From an uncultured virus (IMG/VR IMGVR_UViG_2667527966_000006) (taxonomy: Duplodnaviria > Heunggongvirae > Uroviricota > Caudoviricetes): DNA of 64,000 nt. Below are positions 1 through 10,493 of the stretch, one piece after another. The notes beneath the pieces were generated by a model. That model worked only from the letters and a program-made list of their open reading frames with translations. It had not been told where the DNA came from and did not search any database. Within the stretch, counting starts at the first letter, position 1. Each line of letters starts with the position of its first letter. The position numbers were made by a program, and so were the translations under genes. The stretch lies in the IMG/VR virus record IMGVR_UViG_2667527966_000006, one strand, 5' to 3'.

Positions 1-3000
1 AAAAATGAGAAAGCGATTGATGCGACGTCCAATGCATTATCAACCCTCAACAGCACCGTGACCCAGCAGGGAAAAGACATTACGTCGAACTCCAACAGCA
101 TCACTTCGCTGTCAAACCAGATGGTTAACGGCCGCCAGAACATGTGGGTGCGTAGCGTATACAACGTACAACTGGCGAACAATACCACTGAGCCGACCTT
201 TAGCGATATCAACGGTAAGGCGCCAATCTCGATCGATGAGGTTCCTGACGCGGCAAAACTGGACTTTGCGAGCGCCGGCAGTTACGTGATCGCGCATTAC
301 AAAGCCTTCGTGAAAGTCAATGCTGATACCACCATCACTATGGCACCAGGTTCTCGTGTTTTTGATGATACGGGCGCCGTGTACGTGAACGGTGTTAGGG
401 TTGCCTTTGGTAATGCGAGCTGGAATACGGTTAGCTTTGATCTGAAAGCTGGCTGGAGCACGGTTGAGTTCCTGGTGAACCAATGGACTGGTCAGGCTTA
501 CATTAACCTCGGTTTTAAACTGTCCGAGAAGGTAGCCCAGCTGAATTCTGCTCTTGGGATGAACGCGCTTTCGAATGCCATTAGCGCCGTCACCTCAAAC
601 GTCAGCACCGTAGGTGATCGCGTCACGAGCACCTCACAGAGCGTTACTGATCTGCGAAATAGCCTCGAACAGACCAACGCTAATCTGGCGAATAAGGCAG
701 ATGCACAGGCGCTGTCTACGCTGCAAAATACGGTCTCCAAGCAGGGGGATACGATTTCCAGCCAGGGTAACAGCATCACGAACCTGAATAACACCCTGAC
801 CGCTGCCAGAAACGCTGGTGACAACCTGATCCCGAACTACGATTTCCTGCAGGGTGCAACTGCGTGGGATACCCAGTATCCGGCGGGCGTCACTTTCGGC
901 AACTTTGGTGATGGTAAGGCTGGGGTTAAGCTGAACCGGACGACCACTACCAGCCCAGGCATCTTCTCCAACAACAACAAGCCGCTGCCGCTTAATGGTC
1001 AGCGCAAATATCGTGTTGTGGTTAAAGCCAAGGGCGTGTCCGGGGCGATGAACATGTTGATCCGGCGCCAGAATAAAATCGGCCAGACCGACAGCAATTA
1101 TGAAGATAAAAACGTCACACTAACCAGTGAGTGGCAGACCATTACCTGGGAGACTGGACTTACTGCCTCTAACGCTGATGGCCAGAACTTTAAGCTTTAC
1201 GCGCACCCGGCTAATGCCGAAATCTGGGTTGATACATTTAAGGTCTTTGATATCACGGATGAGGTGAAGATCAAGGCTAATAGCGATGCGCTGTCTACGT
1301 TGTCGAGCACGGTGACACAGCAGGGTGACAAGATCATCAGTCAGGGCAACAGCATCACTAAGTTGACCAATGACCTCGAAGCCGCTGACGCAAACATCGC
1401 GAAAAAGGCCGATCAGTCGGCAGTCACTACGCTGACAGGTCGGGTAGAGAAGACGGAGTCCGGTCTGACGGCGGCGAACAGCAACATTACGTCGCTCAAC
1501 AGCTCTCTGAACCAGCAATCCAAACGCGGCGCTAATCTGCTTCCTGATGGCACTTTTGAAAGCTACGCGGTTGGGCACAATCTATCAAATAATCGCGTTA
1601 TCGTGACCACTGATGACTCGCATGGCGGTAATAAGTGCATCCGTGTGACGCGTCCGAATGATTACAACGCTAACGCAACTGATAACAGCGATAATCACAT
1701 TTTCAGCGGTTTCCAGGTACGCGATAACGCAGTCTTCTATATGGAATGCTGGGTTAAGCGGGATGCCAAGAGTACCGCTATGGCCGAGAATGCGCAGATC
1801 TCCATTGGCTTATCGCTCCAGTATCAGGACAACTCCTGGCAGTGGCCGGCAGTTACCAAAGCGGCAAAGGATCTCTCTTCAACTCAATGGACGAAGGTTT
1901 CTGGTTACCTGAAATCAACGAAGAGCGGTATTAAGCAGGCAATGGTCAGGATTTCTATTCCTAACGTTAGCAGCGTTAAGGCGGGTAACTCATTCCTCAT
2001 TGATGACCTGGTCATTACCGAAGTGACTGATGCCTACAATGCGCAAAGTACAGCAGACGCTAATGCCAATGCGATTTCGACACTGGACTCGACCGTCTCC
2101 CAACAGGGTGACCAGATCACCAGTCAGGGTAACAGCATCACCAAACTGACAAATGACCTGGCAACGACCAATAACAACGTCAGTAAAAAAGCTGATCAGA
2201 GCGCTTTAAGCGTGTTGTCCGGGCGCGTCGATCAAACAGAATCGGGTTTATCCTCTGCGAATAGCAGTATCACTGCGCTTAATTCATCTGTACGCGCAGG
2301 GAATGCGACAAGTGGCGATTTGATTAGCAACCCGACATTTGACCCAGAGTTTAGTCAGATGGGCTTCACTGTGGTTTCCAGCTCGTCTGAGGGCGTGCCA
2401 GCCAATTGCCCATACGCTTATGTCGCACGCATTGCGGCTCGCGACCATCACCCAAATTTTGCTGCTATTCCGGCGACATTGGGGGATGTCTATGAAATGT
2501 CTGCTCTCGTCGCGTGTGGTACCGGCTCCGCTGATTTCAACCTGTATCTCGGAACCGCAACAAGGCCAAGCGGCAGCGTGGGCGCGCCTCTGTCATCCGG
2601 CGGCAACCGCAAGGCGTCGGCCACATGGCAGCGAGTAACCTGGCGATTCAAAATTACTCAGGGGATTGTCGATCGCGGCTTCTTCCGTCCATTCCTGCAA
2701 ATTAACCAGTCCAGCCCATTCGGCACCGTCTGGTATGTGACTGACTGGCATCTGCGGAACGTAACCGACTCCTCCAAAGTCCAGGATTCCCTCGACGCCA
2801 CGGCGAAAGCGGTTGATTCGCTGACCTCTACGGTAAATCAGCAGGGGGAGAACATCTCAAGTATTGGTACACGCACTACCAATCTTGAGAACAATTTGAG
2901 AACAACAAATGCAAACGTTGCTCAAAAAGCGGACGCAAATGCTCTGACGGCACTGACCAACCGTGTTACCCAGACCGAAAAAGACATTAACTCAACGAGT

Positions 3001-6000
3001 TCTTCTGTCACGAATCTGAACAACAAGGTTGATGCAATTTCTGTCGGCGGTACAAACCTGATCAAGAACTCCGGCGATATGGTCGGCTGGTCGAACGTTG
3101 TCAGCGATACGTATCGTGGTAACGCGGTAATTGGCGCAACTGTAAAAGCCGGCTCCGGTTACAGGGATTTGCGGGAAATCACGCTTGAGTCGCCGGTCGA
3201 TGCAGGTGAGTACGTTTACAGCTTCTATGCGAAAGGTGGTGTTGCCGGCCAGACGATGACGGCGTTCTTCTACAATCCGAACACCACAACGTCTATCGAG
3301 ACCAGCCAGGGTGCGAAAGGTAACAACAGTGATGGTCGTGCGCAGTTCACGCTGACCACTTCATGGGCCCGCTATTGGGTTAAGTGGAAACAGACACCTA
3401 CCACGGGCACCAAGCGCCTGATTCTGTGCCGTATCGAGAGCAATACCTCCAAAGACCAGACGGTGTACATCAACAGTCCGAAGTTTGAGGTAGGTAACGT
3501 TGTTTCCGACTGGAACGAGTCTCCGTCTGATAGCGCCAGTGCGTCGGCTGTGGATTCGCTGACAACGAAAGTGAATCAGCAAGGCACTTCCATTAGCTCT
3601 ATCGGAAATCGCACCACATCGTTGGAAAACGGGCTATCGACAGCTCAGAACAACATTGCCAAGAAGGCTGATGCTTCTGCATTGCAGGATCTCCGGAACA
3701 CGGTGACATCTCAGGGGGGCGATTTAACTGCGGCGAACAGTAGCATTACCAGCCTGCAGGCCTCGATGAACCGTCGCACTGTGTTTACTGTCACTGCACG
3801 GGGGAATGGCAACAGCGTAACTCCTGGGGTTTTTGATGAAAGCGGCAAGAACCTGTTTACCCCTGGTCGCAGCTGGGCGCTGGTCACTTTTGCAAAACAC
3901 AGCGACGGATCAACGGTGATTGCGACATCCAAAACATACGATGTCTTTGGCAGCGCGAATAATGGTGCCACGATGTCGGCTGATATCGAGGCGTTGGCCA
4001 GTGGCACTTACGTTTGCGTCCTGACATTCGATGAGCCATCTGGCAACCGAGGTAAGATATTGTCTGCTCTGGAATCTCTTGGTGGTACATCCGAAGTCGT
4101 CAACTCCTTGCCGTATCGTGGTGCCTACATTCTCCTTGGCCGCAAAGGCATGAAGCCTGGCGATGGTCTGGAGCTGCGTGCGCCAACCGGTGGCGACGGC
4201 ACCGCCCACATCTCGACCTCAGTCGAGTTTGTGAACGGGGTAATGATGGGGTTGGGCGCCGCCGGCGGTGTGATGATGAAGGCTGATGCGAACGCGTCGG
4301 CAATTACCACGCTCCAGAACACAGTGAAGACCCAGGGGGATAATATTGACTCCCTGAGCTCCTCGACAACGGCGCTGGAAAACAGCCTTGCGTCCAGTAA
4401 CGCCAGCGTGGATGCAGCAAGCCAGATCCCCGGGAACCTGATCGTAAACCCGTCTTTTGAGCGTGGTACGGAGGGCTATACAGGCTGGAGCGGGATTGCC
4501 ACGGTGGTAACGCTGCAGGTTCCACATCTTGGCACCAAAGCCGCCAAACTGGCGGCGGGCGGTTCTGCAGGCGTGGGCCAGAAGATCTCCTTCAAAAAGG
4601 ATCGGTCGTACAAAATTGGTATCTGGGCAAAGCAGGACCCTAATACCACCATTCAGTCGACTGACAACACAAAATTCCGTGTGGCAGAAGGTAACGGTCT
4701 AATCGCAAGTAAGGCTTATGGCCCGTTTACTTCGAACTGGCAGGAAGTGTCCTGGACCTGGAAGGCGACAAAGGATGTCGTTGCTGACGTTCAGTTCACT
4801 GCTTTCTTGTCCGCAGGCGCGATGTACTTTGATGATTTTTATGTCGTCGATGTGACCGACTCTGTTGAAACTCAGGCGAACTCGAGCGCGATCACTAAAC
4901 TCGATAGTCGTGTGACCAAAACAGAGAATGATATCACCAGCCAGGGCAGCCAAGTTACGCAACTTAAGAATGACCTTGCGACCACAAACACAAATGTTTC
5001 GAAGAAAGCTGATGCGGCTGCGTTAACGGCATTAACGAATCGCGTCACGCAGAACGAGAAAGAAATTGAAACCCAGAGCAGCCAGACAACTTCGCTCAAA
5101 AACTCTTTGAGCACTGTTCAGGCAATGGGTAGTAACCCGTGGTTTGATGGTTCTCTGGAGACGTACTCCGAAAACCAGCAGATCAGCGGCTCGCGTGCGG
5201 TCGTCGTCAGCTCTCAGAAACGAAGCGGAACGAAGTCGTTGCGTGTTTCCCGCGGCGCCGGTGAGGGCGGAAACAGCGATAAATCCATTGGTAAGTGGAT
5301 TGCTCTGCGAGAAAATGCGGTATTCCGCATTGAACTCTGGGCGATGATGCCGACAGATCAGTCGCCATCATCCGGGTGGTCAACAATCGTTGGTTTGCAG
5401 ACCCAAAACGCTGCCAACAATAACAACTGGCCGTCGGCGATCACCATCACTGAAGGTTCGTTGGGGGGCAGAGGGACCTGGAAGAAATTCACCGGCACGC
5501 TCCGTGTAGCGACTGGTCACACTCGCGGCGTGTTCTGGATTTCTACCCGCGGATCAACTGGCGCCGGTACGCCGGGGTATGATCTGTATATCGATGATGT
5601 AGTTGTCACCGATATCACGGACGCAAAAGAGGCACAGGATTCGGCTAATGCGAACGCATCCGCTCTCACCAGCCTTACCTCACGTGTTACCAATGTGGAA
5701 GGGCAGGTAACATCCCAAGCGTCTCAGCTGTCCTCTTTGACGTCCCAGGTGAATGATGCGTCTTCGAAGGTTGATCAGATGGCACAGACCATTACCAACA
5801 ACGAGAAAACGCAGTCGTCGCTGAACACCAGTTTGCAATCGCAAATTGACGCGCAGGCATCGGCAAACATCAAGAACCAGACGGAGTTGAATAATGCCAC
5901 CACCTCGCTGGCGGCAATTAAGTCAACTCAGCAGACCCAGGCTACGACGATTAGCGCACTGTCTCAGCAGCAGACGAATTTAACGGCCCAGGTAGGAGGC

Positions 6001-6867
6001 CAGTCAGCCGAGCTGCAGGAGCTGAAGAAAACGGTTGTTGAAAACGGCAACGTTAACAGCACCTGGATGGTCAAAATGGAAACCAACAGCAACGGTAAAA
6101 AGTATGCTGCTGGTATAGCTTTAGGTATCGATGGCAAAAATTTGCAGAGCCAGTTTCTGGTTCAGGCTGATCGCTTCGGCTTAATCAACACCTCTAACGG
6201 GAATACGACTACACCTTTCGTTATCGAAAATGGCGTTGCGTATATTAATGCCGCTGTCATTAAAGATGGCTCGATCACCAATGCGAAAATTGGAGGCGAA
6301 ATCCGTTCTGACAATTTCGTTAATGGTTCAAATGGCTGGAGAATTGGAAAAGACGGTAGTTCACAGTTCAACAACGTAGTTATTCGTGGTGAAGTTCACG
6401 CTAATACTGGTGTACTGAACAACGTGACTATTAATGAGAACTGCACTGTGCTTGGCACTGTTCAAGCCAATAAAATTGTTGGTGACGTTGTGACAATGAC
6501 CGACCGTGTAGTTAAGAACTGGCCGCCTACCGCCGACACCTCATCAGGCACTCGTTACCCTATAGCTTCAGTGCAGGGTATGCCATTTGAACGCCGTATG
6601 GTGTTTAACGGTTCAATTAGCATTCAACAGACTTGGCGTCAAAACGTAACAATCCGCGTTGATGAAACAGTCGTATGGACGTTTGACTCTGGAAATGATG
6701 GTAGGGATTTTGAAACATCAATTTTCTCCATCCGTATACCTGCATCGAATTACGGACAAACGCAGAATATTACGATCCAATGGCCTAACCGCGGTGACAG
6801 CGGACAGTTCCGATTTACAGGGGTTATCTCGATGTACAGAACTACTGGCTCCATCTCTCTGGCTTAA
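1..6867 (+). CDS. Giant tail tip/host-specificity protein (J-like), 5' part outside window; repeated carbohydrate-binding-like domains, ILEI-like domain and C-terminal DUF1983-like region
   Basis: Frame is open from base 1. Globular 'NL(I/L)xNxxF...W' modules alternate with coiled-coil spacers (KKADxxAL..L). C-terminal 'KYAAGIALG..SQFLVQADRF..ITNAKIG..IRSDNF' is typical of phage J proteins. Confidence 0.85.
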   Translation, partial: KNEKAIDATSNALSTLNSTVTQQGKDITSNSNSITSLSNQMVNGRQNMWVRSVYNVQLANNTTEPTFSDINGKAPISIDEVPDAAKLDFASAGSYVIAHYKAFVKVNADTTITMAPGSRVFDDTGAVYVNGVRVAFGNASWNTVSFDLKAGWSTVEFLVNQWTGQAYINLGFKLSEKVAQLNSALGMNALSNAISAVTSNVSTVGDRVTSTSQSVTDLRNSLEQTNANLANKADAQALSTLQNTVSKQGDTISSQGNSITNLNNTLTAARNAGDNLIPNYDFLQGATAWDTQYPAGVTFGNFGDGKAGVKLNRTTTTSPGIFSNNNKPLPLNGQRKYRVVVKAKGVSGAMNMLIRRQNKIGQTDSNYEDKNVTLTSEWQTITWETGLTASNADGQNFKLYAHPANAEIWVDTFKVFDITDEVKIKANSDALSTLSSTVTQQGDKIISQGNSITKLTNDLEAADANIAKKADQSAVTTLTGRVEKTESGLTAANSNITSLNSSLNQQSKRGANLLPDGTFESYAVGHNLSNNRVIVTTDDSHGGNKCIRVTRPNDYNANATDNSDNHIFSGFQVRDNAVFYMECWVKRDAKSTAMAENAQISIGLSLQYQDNSWQWPAVTKAAKDLSSTQWTKVSGYLKSTKSGIKQAMVRISIPNVSSVKAGNSFLIDDLVITEVTDAYNAQSTADANANAISTLDSTVSQQGDQITSQGNSITKLTNDLATTNNNVSKKADQSALSVLSGRVDQTESGLSSANSSITALNSSVRAGNATSGDLISNPTFDPEFSQMGFTVVSSSSEGVPANCPYAYVARIAARDHHPNFAAIPATLGDVYEMSALVACGTGSADFNLYLGTATRPSGSVGAPLSSGGNRKASATWQRVTWRFKITQGIVDRGFFRPFLQINQSSPFGTVWYVTDWHLRNVTDSSKVQDSLDATAKAVDSLTSTVNQQGENISSIGTRTTNLENNLRTTNANVAQKADANALTALTNRVTQTEKDINSTSSSVTNLNNKVDAISVGGTNLIKNSGDMVGWSNVVSDTYRGNAVIGATVKAGSGYRDLREITLESPVDAGEYVYSFYAKGGVAGQTMTAFFYNPNTTTSIETSQGAKGNNSDGRAQFTLTTSWARYWVKWKQTPTTGTKRLILCRIESNTSKDQTVYINSPKFEVGNVVSDWNESPSDSASASAVDSLTTKVNQQGTSISSIGNRTTSLENGLSTAQNNIAKKADASALQDLRNTVTSQGGDLTAANSSITSLQASMNRRTVFTVTARGNGNSVTPGVFDESGKNLFTPGRSWALVTFAKHSDGSTVIATSKTYDVFGSANNGATMSADIEALASGTYVCVLTFDEPSGNRGKILSALESLGGTSEVVNSLPYRGAYILLGRKGMKPGDGLELRAPTGGDGTAHISTSVEFVNGVMMGLGAAGGVMMKADANASAITTLQNTVKTQGDNIDSLSSSTTALENSLASSNASVDAASQIPGNLIVNPSFERGTEGYTGWSGIATVVTLQVPHLGTKAAKLAAGGSAGVGQKISFKKDRSYKIGIWAKQDPNTTIQSTDNTKFRVAEGNGLIASKAYGPFTSNWQEVSWTWKATKDVVADVQFTAFLSAGAMYFDDFYVVDVTDSVETQANSSAITKLDSRVTKTENDITSQGSQVTQLKNDLATTNTNVSKKADAAALTALTNRVTQNEKEIETQSSQTTSLKNSLSTVQAMGSNPWFDGSLETYSENQQISGSRAVVVSSQKRSGTKSLRVSRGAGEGGNSDKSIGKWIALRENAVFRIELWAMMPTDQSPSSGWSTIVGLQTQNAANNNNWPSAITITEGSLGGRGTWKKFTGTLRVATGHTRGVFWISTRGSTGAGTPGYDLYIDDVVVTDITDAKEAQDSANANASALTSLTSRVTNVEGQVTSQASQLSSLTSQVNDASSKVDQMAQTITNNEKTQSSLNTSLQSQIDAQASANIKNQTELNNATTSLAAIKSTQQTQATTISALSQQQTNLTAQVGGQSAELQELKKTVVENGNVNSTWMVKMETNSNGKKYAAGIALGIDGKNLQSQFLVQADRFGLINTSNGNTTTPFVIENGVAYINAAVIKDGSITNAKIGGEIRSDNFVNGSNGWRIGKDGSSQFNNVVIRGEVHANTGVLNNVTINENCTVLGTVQANKIVGDVVTMTDRVVKNWPPTADTSSGTRYPIASVQGMPFERRMVFNGSISIQQTWRQNVTIRVDETVVWTFDSGNDGRDFETSIFSIRIPASNYGQTQNITIQWPNRGDSGQFRFTGVISMYRTTGSISLA

Positions 6868-6874
6868 GTTTCAG

Positions 6875-6893
6875 GCGGCTCTTTGAGAGCCGC
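6875..6893 (+). terminator. Hairpin between tail genes
   Basis: GCGGCTC-tttga-GAGCCGC; weak U tract. Confidence 0.4.
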
Positions 6894-6919
6894 TCATTAA
6901 AATTACAAGGAATGTAATT

Positions 6920-8365
6920 ATGGCAATGTATGAAGTTGGCACCGTAACGGGTGCAGCAAACCAGGCAAAGGTTACTGGTATTTCAACAAAGTGGTCGGAG
7001 CCCGCACTTGGTATTCAAGAGGGTTCAATTTTAGTCATTTATCGCAATGGAAGTGCTGATCTGTATGCCATCAAATCAGTAAATAATGACACTCAACTGA
7101 CCCTGACGAGAAACATAACAACTGCTTTTTCTGGTGCGAAATATGGAATTATTACGTCAGAAACTGCCAGCACATCGTCTTTTGCGAATCAGCTTGCCAG
7201 CGCATTTACTCTTTGGCGTAACGTTGTCCAAGGATGGTCTACAGCCCTGACCGGAAGCGGCGACATTACGATGACAGACCCTATAACAGGTACGTCTGTG
7301 ACTGTTCCTGCTGTATCTGGGATGGCGAGAGCATCTGACCTCGCGGAACTCAGGAACTCACTGAAAGATTCAGCGAAGACGAGCGCAGCAAACACGTTCA
7401 CACAGACGCAGATATTCAGTAAGGGGGTTACTTTCAGTGCCACTATAACGGCTGCAGGGCAAATTCTCAGGAAGAATAGCAATACACAGTTCACTGCCAT
7501 CGACGCCGGCAACCTTGAAATTAGCAGCGACACTACGCCGTATATTGATTTTCACCACAAAGGTAGCTCTGCAGATTATACGCATCGAATTATCACCGAA
7601 GACGGGGCTTTAGCGGTTTATCCGGGGCTGCGAGTCCGTGGCGGTCTCGGGGTTTATGGCATTGCTACGCAGTACGGCGATCTGTACGGGCAAGCCTTCA
7701 TTGCCAGATTAAACACTGACCCTGGAAACATAGCAAATGGCACCGTGTTACAAGCGCCACGTTTTACGTCAAGATTTAATACGCGCGGTAGTGATGGCAA
7801 CGTTGATGGCGGACAGGCGGCTATGTGGTTCGAAGAGCAGGTAGGGACAAACCACCGACTAATTCTTTCTGTTGGTGGATTTTCGCAACCAATACAGTAT
7901 TGGCAATTCCTGGCCGACGGCAATATCTACGGAAGCCAGCGCGGTAGCGTGCAGTTTCTGGGGACGTCTGACGCTCGCCTGAAGCACGATATCACGCCTA
8001 CTGATGGGCAGCAGTCAGTAGACCGCATAAAGGCGCTGGAGCTGGTGACGTTCGTCTATAACGACGACGAACAGAACCGCGTCCGCCGGGGGATCATCGC
8101 GCAGCAGGCCGAGGAAGTAGACGAGCAATACGTGAAACACGTTAATATTTCGTACCTGGATGGTAATAAGCAGGTTAACAGTGAGCGCCTTCAGCTCGAC
8201 AACAACGTGATAATGATGGACACGCTGGCGGCGGTGAAGGTCCTGATTAAGCGAGTTGAAGCGCTGGAGAATAAAATTAACTCATCAGAAGGGGGCGACG
8301 CCATAAATACAAACCAGAATACCTTCGATACAGGCGTGGCCATGAGTAGTGAGCAATTAAATTAA
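6920..8365 (+). CDS. Tail fibre protein with C-terminal intramolecular chaperone (peptidase S74-like) domain
   Basis: N-terminal 'MAMYEVGTVTG..VTG..TKW' fibre start, 'TPYIDFH..DY..RI' fibre motif, and 'SDARLKHDI...GIIAQ' chaperone motif followed by a coiled coil. Confidence 0.85.
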   Translation: MAMYEVGTVTGAANQAKVTGISTKWSEPALGIQEGSILVIYRNGSADLYAIKSVNNDTQLTLTRNITTAFSGAKYGIITSETASTSSFANQLASAFTLWRNVVQGWSTALTGSGDITMTDPITGTSVTVPAVSGMARASDLAELRNSLKDSAKTSAANTFTQTQIFSKGVTFSATITAAGQILRKNSNTQFTAIDAGNLEISSDTTPYIDFHHKGSSADYTHRIITEDGALAVYPGLRVRGGLGVYGIATQYGDLYGQAFIARLNTDPGNIANGTVLQAPRFTSRFNTRGSDGNVDGGQAAMWFEEQVGTNHRLILSVGGFSQPIQYWQFLADGNIYGSQRGSVQFLGTSDARLKHDITPTDGQQSVDRIKALELVTFVYNDDEQNRVRRGIIAQQAEEVDEQYVKHVNISYLDGNKQVNSERLQLDNNVIMMDTLAAVKVLIKRVEALENKINSSEGGDAINTNQNTFDTGVAMSSEQLN

Positions 8366-8377
8366 TCCAATTTGTAT

Positions 8378-8389
8378 GTAAGTACTTAC
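8378..8389. promoter_or_regulatory. Operator family A site GTAAGTACTTAC upstream of lysis cassette
   Basis: Perfect palindrome; recurrent intergenic motif; TATGAT -10-like hexamer at 8409-8414. Confidence 0.65.
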
Positions 8390-8455
8390 CTACAATAAGT
8401 TTCTAATTTATGATATAAATCTGCCATCCGATTTGACTTATTCATGGAGGAAGAC

Positions 8456-8779
8456 ATGTCAAACGAGATGGCAGGCGTGACGCCAGAGCAGGTGGAACGT
8501 ATTGCCGCCATTGTTGCGCGCGAAGTCGTAGGAAAATTAAGTAAGGAGCTTCGCGATGATATTGGCCAGGAGGTCAACGATCAGCTGCGAACCTACTTTG
8601 GTGATATGACTCCGGCGCAACATAGCATTCAGCATTCTAACCTGGACAAACTTCTTAATCGGCTCGACACGATTTCAAGCGGGTTCTTTGGAGGCATTAT
8701 TTCCAAGATTACCTCGTTCCTGATCACCGTGCTGCTTTTGGGTTTGGCCGCTTATGGCGTGAAAAATGGACTGCAATAA
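8456..8779 (+). CDS. Small membrane protein, putative holin-like lysis gene
   Basis: GGAGG RBS before ATG 8456; C-terminal hydrophobic segment; first gene of the lysis cluster. Confidence 0.5.
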   Translation: MSNEMAGVTPEQVERIAAIVAREVVGKLSKELRDDIGQEVNDQLRTYFGDMTPAQHSIQHSNLDKLLNRLDTISSGFFGGIISKITSFLITVLLLGLAAYGVKNGLQ

Positions 8780-8792
8780 CAGGAGAACAAGG

Positions 8793-9485
8793 ATGAGTAC
8801 TCCAAGAGGCATTCGTAACAATAACCCTGGTAACCTGGATAAGGGGTCGCCGTGGCAAGGGTTAGTAAACAACCCGGCGGAACCGCGGTTCTGCACTTTT
8901 AAAGACCCCGTATGGGGGATTCGAGCACTGACAGTAACGCTCATCACCTACCATGATAAGCGCCGCGCAAAAGACGGTTCCAGCATCGATACGATCCGCG
9001 AAGTCATCGAGCGTTGGGCGCCGCCACATGAAAACAACACGGCCGCCTATATCAATGAGGTATCTAAAGCCGTAGGCGTGACGCCGGACATGATCATCGA
9101 TCTGCATGATTACAATACTATGCGGCCGCTGGTGGAGGCGATCATCCGTCATGAGAACGGTCGTGGCCCGTTGAAAACACTCAATAGCTGGTATTCGGCC
9201 GAAGTTATTGACGAAGGTATGCGTCGCGCCGGCGTCGTTAAACCGGTAACTGCAGTGAAAGCCGTACCCGTCACGAAAGAAACTGCAGGCGCAACGGTGA
9301 CTGCAGGTATCGGTATTGCGCAGCTGGCGGACGTAATGCCGCAGATCTCCGTTGCGATGGATAAGGCCCAGGGACATATCACCAGCGGGGATACCGTTCG
9401 CATTATCTTCGGTATTGCGACCATTGTTGTAGCCGGCTTTATTGCCTGGTCGCAAGTTCGTAAGCATCAGGCAGGAGTGGTGTAA
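8793..9485 (+). CDS. Putative endolysin/muralytic protein (lysozyme-like, 'RNNNPGN' family) with C-terminal membrane segments
   Basis: 'RGIRNNNPGNL...F..P..GIRA...I.RWAPP.ENNT.AY...AII.HENG' motif set; hydrophobic C-terminus. Confidence 0.7.
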   Translation: MSTPRGIRNNNPGNLDKGSPWQGLVNNPAEPRFCTFKDPVWGIRALTVTLITYHDKRRAKDGSSIDTIREVIERWAPPHENNTAAYINEVSKAVGVTPDMIIDLHDYNTMRPLVEAIIRHENGRGPLKTLNSWYSAEVIDEGMRRAGVVKPVTAVKAVPVTKETAGATVTAGIGIAQLADVMPQISVAMDKAQGHITSGDTVRIIFGIATIVVAGFIAWSQVRKHQAGVV

Positions 9486-9487
9486 CC

Positions 9488-9739
9488 ATGAACGGCAGCC
9501 TGCTTTCAAAGGTCAAATCGACCATCATGACTTTGGCTGCCGTCTTCTTTGTGCTCGTTGGGGCGTACACCTGGGGTGGACGCGCTGCCCGGCGGGCCAT
9601 GGAAGAAAAGGCGCAGAGAGAAAACAACAAACGGCTTCAAGGCACAGTGGATGTGAAAAATGAGACGATTAATGAAGTCAGGACTAAGGATGCTTCTGCC
9701 GTTCATCGCGAGCTTCGCGATAAGTGGATGCGTGATTAA
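9488..9739 (+). CDS. Putative i-spanin (Rz-like)
   Basis: N-terminal TM helix plus charged helical tail; follows the endolysin and overlaps a lipoprotein gene. Confidence 0.6.
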   Translation: MNGSLLSKVKSTIMTLAAVFFVLVGAYTWGGRAARRAMEEKAQRENNKRLQGTVDVKNETINEVRTKDASAVHRELRDKWMRD

Positions 9740-9875
9740 ACCTCAGACCGTGGGCGTACAATTCTGCGATGGGGCTAACCCTATCTACATCAGCAAGGAC
9801 GACGCCCTGACAGAAGAAACTGAGAGAGAAATCCTGATCCACAACACGCTCGGTGAGCGGTTGTGTAATTGGTGA
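9660..9875 (+). CDS. Putative o-spanin lipoprotein (Rz1-like)
   Basis: Signal peptide with lipobox 'ISGC'; overlaps the i-spanin in another frame; start may be 9660 or a later ATG. Confidence 0.6.
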   Translation: MRRLMKSGLRMLLPFIASFAISGCVIKPQTVGVQFCDGANPIYISKDDALTEETEREILIHNTLGERLCNW

Positions 9876-9935
9876 TTGCATTACTATCAATATCAGGTAG
9901 AAGGCGCTTTGGTTAACACCAAAGCGCATTTTTTA

Positions 9936-10493
9936 TCAGCTATCTGTAAGGTCGTACCAGTCGCTGTCAGGATCTGCATTTGAGTCTGAAGATATTATTT
10001 CGATACCTTCTTCAGCGATTAGCCAATTATTATCACGATATACAAGAGGAACATTTGCTGTTAAGAAGAATGATGTACCTGAGAAAAAATGGTCTGGCAT
10101 TTGAACACCTTCATAACTGAATGACACAGTCATTTTCAATAGCCCCTTTTCCTCGTCATAATGAACTTCAGTTGCCTCGAGGTCATATATTGCAAAATCA
10201 TTAGCATTAGTTGAAGCAACCGCATCAGATAAAAGTTCGTCAACAGCCATCTCAAATTGAACGTACACATCACTCGAAAAAATGACGTTATCGAAGTGCG
10301 TCTCACCAAAAGCGGCCTTCATTAACCGAGGTTCTAATGGAAATCGCTTCGCCACAGATGAAAGTTCATGGTAGTTCGAAAAAGCTGCATCGATAGCGAT
10401 GGCTTCAAGAGCTTCCGTTAGCTTAATTCCTTGTTTTTTAGCTAATTCTTTAGCATTGCTTTTGAGAATGTTTAAACCAGAGTAGTTAGACAT
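9936..10493 (-). CDS. Hypothetical accessory protein (N-terminal small helical 'LK..AK.L.K..GI....ALE.IA...F.NY' domain, acidic C-terminal domain)
   Basis: AT-rich 185-aa ORF, antisense to flanking genes. Confidence 0.65.
   Translation of the reverse strand: MSNYSGLNILKSNAKELAKKQGIKLTEALEAIAIDAAFSNYHELSSVAKRFPLEPRLMKAAFGETHFDNVIFSSDVYVQFEMAVDELLSDAVASTNANDFAIYDLEATEVHYDEEKGLLKMTVSFSYEGVQMPDHFFSGTSFFLTANVPLVYRDNNWLIAEEGIEIISSDSNADPDSDWYDLTDS

Noticed and set aside
6162..8365. Diversity-generating retroelement or tail-fibre invertase system
   Set aside because: No reverse transcriptase, template repeat, serine invertase or inverted fibre cassettes in the window.
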